From: an uncultured Phenylobacterium sp.
GTDB lineage: Bacteria; Pseudomonadota; Alphaproteobacteria; Caulobacterales; Caulobacteraceae
Assembly: GCF_902826855.1 (NCBI RefSeq)
Contig: NZ_CADEGK010000005.1
Location: 1-60,664 of the forward strand
DNA: 60,664 nucleotides
Direction: 5' to 3'
Positions 54,409-60,664 of the stretch are shown here, in pieces (the first letter of the stretch is position 1; the number at the start of each line of letters is the position of its first letter). A program made the position numbers and the translations under genes. The notes under the pieces are model-generated. The model was not told the origin of the DNA and did no database searches. It worked only from the letters and a program-made list of their open reading frames with translations.

Positions 54409-55164
54409 TCAGGCCTTGAGCAGGGTGCGCGCGAGGTCGCCCAGTTCGCCGAGACCCGCCAGCATGCCCCCGAAGGCGAGGGCGGTGATGACGGCAATCG
54501 CTGCAACGAGGCCCAGCCTCGCGGCTGGGCTCAGCTCATTTCGGCGGAGCCCACCTCCGTTTCGCCCTTGAAGTTCTCGTCCAGGAGAACCCAGGTGAGG
54601 CAGAGGATTTCGCGGAGCACCATCTCCGCCGGCTTGAACGGGGCCAGCTTGCGGGTCGCCGACACCAGGTGCCGGGCCATGTCCGCCTGCGCCGTCGTAG
54701 CCGACAGATCGACGAGCTGCCGCTCGAGCTGCGTCCAGGAGAAGTTGGGAAGAAGCTCCTCCCGCTTGGCCAGCGCCGGCCAGCGGGCCTCGAAGTCGTC
54801 GATCTCCCGGCGAAGGCGGAGGGCCTTGCCAATCACCGCCCTGTTCTCGAAGTTCGGCCAGTCGCCCATCGGAAGCCCCTTGTGTTGCCGGCTCATCGAG
54901 CCCGCAATCGGAGGCGGCGTCTGTCCTGATCGTGTCCTGTCCTGATGCGATCAGGACAGGATTAACCACGTCCACCTCGCGCAGAAGCTTGGCGGCTTGG
55001 TAGCGGTCGCCCACGCCGAGCTTGCGGCGCGCGCGGTCGCAGTAGGTGTCCACGGAGGTCTTGGACATCCCCAGCTCGCGCGCGATCTGCTTGGAGCTGA
55101 AATGCTGGTCGACCAGACGCAGGCACTCGCGCTCGCGTGGAGTAAGGAGGTCGACAGGTGTCAT
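54409..55164 (-). CDS. LuxR-type HTH regulator with long linker and C-terminal TM helix
   Basis: MTPVDLLTPRERECLRLV...SSKQIARELGMS..SV......ARRKLGV..R; frame stays open to NELSPAARLGLVAAIAVITALAFGGMLAGL. Confidence 0.8.
   Translation of the reverse strand: MTPVDLLTPRERECLRLVDQHFSSKQIARELGMSKTSVDTYCDRARRKLGVGDRYQAAKLLREVDVVNPVLIASGQDTIRTDAASDCGLDEPATQGASDGRLAELREQGGDWQGPPPSPGDRRLRGPLAGAGQAGGASSQLLLDAARAAARRSVGYDGAGGHGPAPGVGDPQAGPVQAGGDGAPRNPLPHLGSPGRELQGRNGGGLRRNELSPAARLGLVAAIAVITALAFGGMLAGLGELGDLARTLLKA
54531..54869 (-). CDS. 112-aa hypothetical protein nested out-of-frame inside the LuxR gene
   Basis: AAGGGG RBS before ATG 54869; MGDWPNFENRAVIGKALRLRREIDDFEARWP...; GC3-rich codons and globular composition, unlike the host frame over the same bases. 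Confidence 0.75.
   Translation of the reverse strand: MGDWPNFENRAVIGKALRLRREIDDFEARWPALAKREELLPNFSWTQLERQLVDLSATTAQADMARHLVSATRKLAPFKPAEMVLREILCLTWVLLDENFKGETEVGSAEMS
54921..54960. promoter_or_regulatory. Intragenic operator-like palindrome with direct repeats
   Basis: CCTGTCCTGAT-GCG-ATCAGGACAGG (54936-54960) plus a third TGTCCTGAT copy 16 bp away (54922-54930). Confidence 0.6.
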
Positions 55165-55314
55165 TACGCCCTCGAAGCGTACGGGGGTCTTGGAGCCACA
55201 GTAAACGATGCCTTGAACGTTTCGTCTACTTTGACGAGCAGATTGCCGGCTTCGCGCATGCCGCGCGGGCTGTTTTGACGCGGCAGCCGGCGTTTTTGCC
55301 GCGCTGATGGACGC

Positions 55315-55329
55315 TTGACCGCCCGTTAA
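55315..55329. promoter_or_regulatory. CtrA-box-like site upstream of shkA
   Basis: TTGA-ccgcccg-TTAA. Confidence 0.5.
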
Positions 55330-55356
55330 GCCGTTCGCGCCTAAGGCTTGGCGACC

Positions 55357-56913
55357 ATGCGCCGACCCCTTCGACCCCTCTCCGAGCGCCGCCCAAGCCG
55401 GGCGCAGATCAGCGCCGAGCAACTGGCCTCACTGAGCCACGAGTTCCGCACGCCGCTGAACGGCGTGCTGGGCATGGCCCGGCTGCTGGAAGGCACCCGG
55501 CTCACGGCCGAGCAGAAGACCTATGTGGCGGCTCTGCACGACAGCGGCCAGCACCTCCTGACGCTGGTCAACGACGTGCTGGATTTCGCCAAGCTGGGCG
55601 CTGGCGGAGTCGAGCTGCACCCGGCCGCGATGGAGGTGGAGGACCTGCTGCGCTCGGTGGCGGAACTCCTCTCGCCGCGGGCGCGGGAGAAGGGGCTGGA
55701 GATTGCCTGGGCCGCCCCAGCGCGGCCAGTGTACGCCCTGGCCGACGAGGGTCGCCTGCGCCAGATCTTGCTGAATTTCGCCGGCAACGCCATCAAGTTC
55801 ACCCAGGCCGGCGGCGTGCTTCTCCGTGCGGAAGTCCCAGAGACCGGTCGCCTGCGAATCACCGTGGAGGACACCGGGCCGGGGGTCTCGAAATCCGATC
55901 GTGACCGCATTTTCGAGGCCTTCGCCCAGGCCGAGGCATCGCATGCGGACCTTGGCGGGGCAGGCCTGGGTCTGGCCATCGCGCGGCGGCTTGCACGCGC
56001 CATGGGAGGCGACGTGGGTGTCGAAGCCGCCGGGAGCCTGGGCGCCAAGCCCGGCGAGGGCGGCGCCTGCTTCTGGTTCGAGGCGACGTTGCCGGGCCTG
56101 CCTGGCGCCTCGCCGGTGGCGTCACTGGCGGGCCACACCGTCGCCGTCGCGTCGGCCAATCCCGTCGTCCGGGAGGCCGCTCGCCGCCAGATCGAGGCCT
56201 GCGGCGGCGCCGCCCGCGTGACCCATGCGTTGCCAGAGGCCATCGCCCGCACCAAGCCCGGCGACGTGATCCTTGTGGACGCCAGCCTGGCCGTCACGGG
56301 CGGCGCCTTGAGGCCGCCCCTCCAGCGGGCCGCCATCATCCTGCTGGCGCCGGACGAGCGCGCCGCCATTGCCCGCTACCGTCGCGCGGGCTTTGCCGGC
56401 TATCTGATCAAGCCCCTGCGCCGCGCCTCGGTGGCCGAACGCGTCCTGATCGCCGCCGGGACCACCACCGTCGCCGCTCAGCCACCGCGCGACGACGAGC
56501 GGATCGCCCAAGCGGCAGCGCCCGGCGCGCGCGTCCTGCTGGTCGAGGACAACCCGATCAACGCCCTCCTGGCCCGGGCCCTGCTGACGCGCGAGGGCTG
56601 CGACGTGGAGCATGCCACAGGCGGCGAGGACGCGCTGGCCGCGGTGGCCGTCGGGAGGTTCGACCTCATCCTGATCGACATGCGCATGCCGGTACTCTCG
56701 GGTGAGGAGACGGCGCGGCGGCTGCGCGCGGCCCGCGTGACAACGCCGATCGTCGCCCTGACGGCTTACGCTTTTGAGGACGACCGCCGCGTGTGCCTGG
56801 CCGCAGGCATGGACGATTTCCTGGTCAAGCCGCGGTCGCCGGATGCCCTGCGCGCCGTGCTGACGCGGTGGGCCCAGCCACAGCCGGCGAGGGGGCAGGC
56901 CCGCCGGGCCTAG
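55357..56913 (+). CDS. shkA: Soluble hybrid histidine kinase ShkA-like (DHp-CA, pseudo-receiver, receiver)
   Basis: No TM; SHEFRTPLNG; pseudo-REC with GFAGYLIKPLR; DDERIA linker; VLLVEDNPIN receiver; next to ampG and near comM, as recalled for Caulobacter. Confidence 0.82.
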   Translation: MRRPLRPLSERRPSRAQISAEQLASLSHEFRTPLNGVLGMARLLEGTRLTAEQKTYVAALHDSGQHLLTLVNDVLDFAKLGAGGVELHPAAMEVEDLLRSVAELLSPRAREKGLEIAWAAPARPVYALADEGRLRQILLNFAGNAIKFTQAGGVLLRAEVPETGRLRITVEDTGPGVSKSDRDRIFEAFAQAEASHADLGGAGLGLAIARRLARAMGGDVGVEAAGSLGAKPGEGGACFWFEATLPGLPGASPVASLAGHTVAVASANPVVREAARRQIEACGGAARVTHALPEAIARTKPGDVILVDASLAVTGGALRPPLQRAAIILLAPDERAAIARYRRAGFAGYLIKPLRRASVAERVLIAAGTTTVAAQPPRDDERIAQAAAPGARVLLVEDNPINALLARALLTREGCDVEHATGGEDALAAVAVGRFDLILIDMRMPVLSGEETARRLRAARVTTPIVALTAYAFEDDRRVCLAAGMDDFLVKPRSPDALRAVLTRWAQPQPARGQARRA

Positions 56914-56991
56914 GAGGCCGGCTGGACGAGGCCCGCGGCGCGCGCCAAGGTCGGCTGATCCGGGGCGACGGGGCCCTCGACCGGAGCGCAG

Positions 56992-58770
56992 ATGAGCCTC
57001 GAGACCAGCGGACCCAAGCCCAGCGCGCTCAGCGCGCTCGCCGTCTTCGTGGAACGCCGCGCGTTGGTCATGCTGGCCCTGGGTTTCGCATCCGGCCTGC
57101 CCAACCTGCTGATCTTCGACACCCTGTCGCTGTGGCTGAGGGAATCGGGCCTGTCGCTGAAGGTGATCTCCATCTTCGCGCTGGCGACGCTCAGCTATTC
57201 CCTGAAGTTCCTCTGGGCGCCGCTGATCGACCGGACCCAGGTCCCCGGCCTGACGCGACTGCTGGGTCATCGCCGCAGCTGGATGCTGGTGCTGCAACTC
57301 CTGCTGATGGTCGGGCTGTGGATGATCTCCGGGGTGGACCCCGCGAAGGACCTGGCGCTGATGGCCGCCTTCGCGGCCCTGGTCGCCTTCGTCTCGGCCA
57401 CCCAGGACATCGTCATCGACGCCTGGCGGATCGAGGCGGCCGAGGTCGAGAAGCAGGGCGCCATGGCCGCCGCCTACCAGTGGGGTTATCGGGGCGCCAT
57501 GATCGTAGCGGGCGCCGCGCCGCTCCTGCTGGCCGAGGCCTACGGCTGGAGCTTCTCATACGCCGTGATGGCCGGGCTGATGCTCCTGGGGGTCGCCGGC
57601 GTGCTGGGCGCGCCGCGCGAGGAGGCCCATGCTATCCGCCCGATCCACGCCGAGGGCGTGCCGAGCCGCCCCCTGCTGGAGTTTCCGGAGTGGATCGCCC
57701 GACTGGCGATCTTCGCCCTGGGCGCGCTGCTGCTGGGTTCGGGCCTGGCCGCCGACGCGGCGGTGCTCTCGGCCCTCCTGAGCGCCCAGGGCGCCCATGA
57801 TGCCGCCGATGCCATCCGCAGCGCCTGGGAGATGAAGCCGCAGGGGGTCTACATCCAGCTGGCGTCGGTAGTCGCGGGCTTGGCGGTGATTGTACTGTCC
57901 ATCTGCCCGATCCCAGGCGTCCGCACCCGGCCAGGGGTCTACCTGTTCGCCGCTCTGGGCGATCCTCTGCGCGACTTCCTGCGGCGCTACCGCGGCGTGG
58001 CCGCGCTGATCCTGGCGCTGATCTGTCTCTACCGCCTGTCGGACTTCGTGCTCAACATCATGAACCCGTTCTACGCCGACCTCGGCTTCAGCAAGATCGA
58101 GATCGCCGAGGCGCGGAAGGTGTTCGGGGTGGTGATGACGGTGATCGGCGTCGGTTTGGGCGGCTTCCTCGTGGCTCGCTTCGGCCTGCTCCGGGCGCTG
58201 GTGGTCGGCGCCTTCGCGGGCCCGCTTAGCAACCTGGCGTTCGGGTGGTTGGCGGTCCAGGGGCCACAGCTCTGGGCGCTGTTCGTGGCCATCGGCATCG
58301 ACAATGTCGCGGGTGGTGTCGCCGGCACCTGCCTGATCGCCTACATGTCCAGCCTGACGACCGCGGGCTTCACGGCCACGCAATACGCGCTGTTCTCGTC
58401 GCTCTATGCCCTGCCCGGCAAGCTGATCGCCTCCCAGTCCGGGCGGATCGTGGAAAGCTCGGCGGCCTCGGCCGATGCCGGCGGCGCCTTTGCGGCCCTC
58501 TTGCCGCTGTTCTCGCGGCTGCCGGCCAATGCCTACGCCGGGGCCATGGAGAGATCTGGGGTCACGCCCGCGGGCCTGGGCGCCGGATATTTGGTCTTCT
58601 TTCTGTACTCGGCCGTGATCGGCGCGGCCGCGGTCGTGCTGGCGTTCATCGTCGCCAAGCGCCAGGTCCAACTGGTGGATCCGCCGGCTAGCGGTCCAGG
58701 CAGACCACCTGGGCCACCTGCAGCTCGCGGCGCAGGTCGTCGGCGACGTAGAAGTAGTTCTGTGGCGTAA
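56992..58770 (+). CDS. ampG: AmpG family muropeptide MFS permease
   Basis: LGFASGLP, KFLWAPLID, RRSW, SATQDIVIDAWRIE, TATQYALFSS; the 3' end may be extended by an indel. Confidence 0.9.
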   Translation: MSLETSGPKPSALSALAVFVERRALVMLALGFASGLPNLLIFDTLSLWLRESGLSLKVISIFALATLSYSLKFLWAPLIDRTQVPGLTRLLGHRRSWMLVLQLLLMVGLWMISGVDPAKDLALMAAFAALVAFVSATQDIVIDAWRIEAAEVEKQGAMAAAYQWGYRGAMIVAGAAPLLLAEAYGWSFSYAVMAGLMLLGVAGVLGAPREEAHAIRPIHAEGVPSRPLLEFPEWIARLAIFALGALLLGSGLAADAAVLSALLSAQGAHDAADAIRSAWEMKPQGVYIQLASVVAGLAVIVLSICPIPGVRTRPGVYLFAALGDPLRDFLRRYRGVAALILALICLYRLSDFVLNIMNPFYADLGFSKIEIAEARKVFGVVMTVIGVGLGGFLVARFGLLRALVVGAFAGPLSNLAFGWLAVQGPQLWALFVAIGIDNVAGGVAGTCLIAYMSSLTTAGFTATQYALFSSLYALPGKLIASQSGRIVESSAASADAGGAFAALLPLFSRLPANAYAGAMERSGVTPAGLGAGYLVFFLYSAVIGAAAVVLAFIVAKRQVQLVDPPASGPGRPPGPPAARGAGRRRRRSSSVA

Positions 58771-59518
58771 TCGCCTCCCCGGCCGCATTGGCGTCGGCGT
58801 GGCCGCCGCTGGTGGTGAGGGCCGCCCCCACCACCTCGGGCGCGGTGGTATAGATGCGCCCGCGCCTGGGGCTCTCGGCGATGGTGACGCCCAGGACCCT
58901 GCCCTGGGCGTCCAACGCCGGCGCGCCCGACAACCCGCCCAGCGTGCCCTTCAAGCCCTCGGTGCGGCCGGTCTCGGCCCACACCAGGACCGGCTCGGTG
59001 CGCGCGCCGTGCCCACGCACCACCAGGTTCTCACGTCCGAGGAGCCGCGAGCTGGCCTCCCCGGGGGAGCCCTGCGGAAACCCCGGGTGGAACGCCCGCT
59101 GGCCCCGCCGCAGGGGATCGGTGAGCGCCAGCGGGAGAGGCGCCGCCCCGCCTTCGGTGAACAGCAGCGCCGCCTCGCCGTTGGGGTCGATGCGCACGTC
59201 GACCGCCACTCCGGTCCCGGGGCCCACCACGATGGCCACGCGCGCGCAGCCGTCGACCACGTGGCGGGCGGTCATCCACACCCCGGAGCGGGCGATGGAG
59301 AAGGCGGTGCCGGCGGCCGGCGCGGCCTTGGCGGGCACGTCCACGACGACCGCGGGGTCGAAGGGCGAGGCGGGGCCGAGCGCCTCACCCAGCGGGTCGG
59401 AACTCTTCGGAGGCGCCGGCGGCGCGTCGGCGCGCTCGTCGCGGCCCTGCGCCGCGAACAGCACCGCCACCACGATCGCGGCGTAGACCACCCAGTCCGG
59501 CAGCCGCGGGAACTTCAT
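58688..59518 (-). CDS. Trypsin-like serine protease
   Basis: N-terminal TM; GTAF, WMTARHVV (His), GLSGAP (Ser). Confidence 0.85.
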   Translation of the reverse strand: MKFPRLPDWVVYAAIVVAVLFAAQGRDERADAPPAPPKSSDPLGEALGPASPFDPAVVVDVPAKAAPAAGTAFSIARSGVWMTARHVVDGCARVAIVVGPGTGVAVDVRIDPNGEAALLFTEGGAAPLPLALTDPLRRGQRAFHPGFPQGSPGEASSRLLGRENLVVRGHGARTEPVLVWAETGRTEGLKGTLGGLSGAPALDAQGRVLGVTIAESPRRGRIYTTAPEVVGAALTTSGGHADANAAGEAITPQNYFYVADDLRRELQVAQVVCLDR

Positions 59519-59536
59519 GTCGGCTGGCGGTCCATC

Positions 59537-59956
59537 TCAGCTGCGGGCCGCCGCGACCACGAGGGCCGTGGCGATCTTGGCGCCCACCAGCAGCGCCGCG
59601 GCGGCGGTCTCGCCCTCCTGGATGCGCTTGGGCAAGCCGCGCAGGATCATATCCACCAGCCGGAAGACCAGCAGCTGCACCACCACCGTGACCGCGCCCC
59701 AGAGCCCGATCTCGATGACGTTGGTCGAGGCCTTGAGCGACGCCGCCAGGGGGATCGCGAGGCCTATCAGCACGCCGCCCAGCGATAGGGCGGCCGCCGA
59801 ATTGCCCTGCCGGATGAGGCTGATCTCCCTGTGCGGCGTGAGCAGGACGTAGAGCGCCGCTGCAGCGAACAGGATCGCCACCGTGACCCCCGCGTGCAGC
59901 AGGAAGACCGGGAACCCGGTGGCGAAGGCCTGGATCTCAGGCGATGGTGTCGGCAT
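59537..59956 (-). CDS. DUF350 membrane protein
   Basis: LTPHREISLIRQGNSAAA, I..GE.AAA, four TM. Confidence 0.88.
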   Translation of the reverse strand: MPTPSPEIQAFATGFPVFLLHAGVTVAILFAAAALYVLLTPHREISLIRQGNSAAALSLGGVLIGLAIPLAASLKASTNVIEIGLWGAVTVVVQLLVFRLVDMILRGLPKRIQEGETAAAALLVGAKIATALVVAAARS

Positions 59957-60044
59957 GCGGCGTCCCCCGTCACATCTACCCGCGACTCGTTAGCATGGAC
60001 TGATCAACGATCAGAACGTCATGCCAACGCTTGCGCGGCGGCCG

Positions 60045-60664
60045 TCAGGCAGGTGATTCCGAGCGGCGCCGCGCACTCGCGCGCACCTTCTCGCTCTCGC
60101 TCTTCAGCTGGCCACAGGCGGCCAGGATGTCGCGTCCGCGGGGCGTGCGGATCGGAGAGGCGTAGCCGCCGCGGTTCAGGATCGCGGCGAAGGCCTCGAT
60201 GGTGGACCAGGACGAGCACTCATAGCCGCTGCCCGGCCACGGGTTGAACGGGATCAGGTTGATCTTGGCCGGGATGCCCTTCAGCAGCTGCACCAGGGCC
60301 TTGGCCTCGGCAGGACTGTCGTTGACGCCCTTCAGCATCACGTACTCGAAAGTCACGCGGTTGGCGTTCGACAGGCCAGGGAAGGCTCGAATGCCGTCCA
60401 TCAGCTCGGCCAACGGGTACTTCTTGTTCAGCGGCACCAGCTTCTCGCGAAGCTCGTCGTTGGTGGCGTGCAGCGAGATGGCCAGGCCGCAGCGGGTCTT
60501 CTCGCCCAGGTCCTTCAGCTGCGGCACGACACCGGAGGTCGACACCGTGATCCGCCGGCGCGAGATGGCGATGCCCTCGTTGTCGGAGATGATGTCGATG
60601 GCAGTGGCGACGTTGTCGAGATTGTAGAGCGGCTCGCCCATGCCCATGAAGACGATGTTGGTGA
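60045..60664 (-). CDS. rlmN: Dual-specificity RNA methyltransferase RlmN, 3' portion
   Basis: [55 protein letters not shown]. Confidence 0.96.
   Translation of the reverse strand, partial: TNIVFMGMGEPLYNLDNVATAIDIISDNEGIAISRRRITVSTSGVVPQLKDLGEKTRCGLAISLHATNDELREKLVPLNKKYPLAELMDGIRAFPGLSNANRVTFEYVMLKGVNDSPAEAKALVQLLKGIPAKINLIPFNPWPGSGYECSSWSTIEAFAAILNRGGYASPIRTPRGRDILAACGQLKSESEKVRASARRRSESPA

Noticed and set aside
58688-58770. 83-bp convergent overlap of ampG and the protease gene
   Set aside because: The AmpG tail is low-complexity antisense read-through, and a TAG at 58689-58691 is one base out of frame; stop loss or a sequencing indel is likelier than a functional overlap

Overview
A very GC-rich alphaproteobacterial chromosomal window. 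Gene content and order (chvI-chvG-hprK-EIIA-HPr; gshB-comM...shkA-ampG-protease-DUF350-rlmN; flmA/flmB; PEPxxWA-CTERM protein) point to Caulobacteraceae, probably Phenylobacterium-like (inference). Most of it is housekeeping: dnaK (5' part), ftsK, lolA, xth, CBS/CGL transsulfuration, pseB/pseC, chvIG-PTS, ahcY, asd, thiD, gshB, comM, shkA, ampG and rlmN (3' part), with small accessory blocks between them. I saw no rRNA, tRNA, CRISPR array, transposase or prophage. The most unusual element is a minus-strand module between comM and shkA (53398-55164). Its LuxR-HTH regulator with a C-terminal membrane helix completely contains a second, well-formed 112-aa gene in another frame on the same strand. 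That nested gene has its own RBS and an upstream repeated palindrome. The module continues with an uncharacterised helical protein, a terminator-like hairpin and a membrane protein, and carries CtrA-like boxes. Other highlights are a three-hairpin sRNA candidate between lolA and xth, an AlgJ/AlgX-type O-acetyltransferase fused to an RTX/type-I-secretion tail, a standalone 34-aa membrane peptide gene, a Coq4-like protein lacking its metal ligands, and clear RpoH, SahR, LexA and DnaA motifs. All calls come from reading the sequence by eye; no database search was run, and start codons were adjusted manually.
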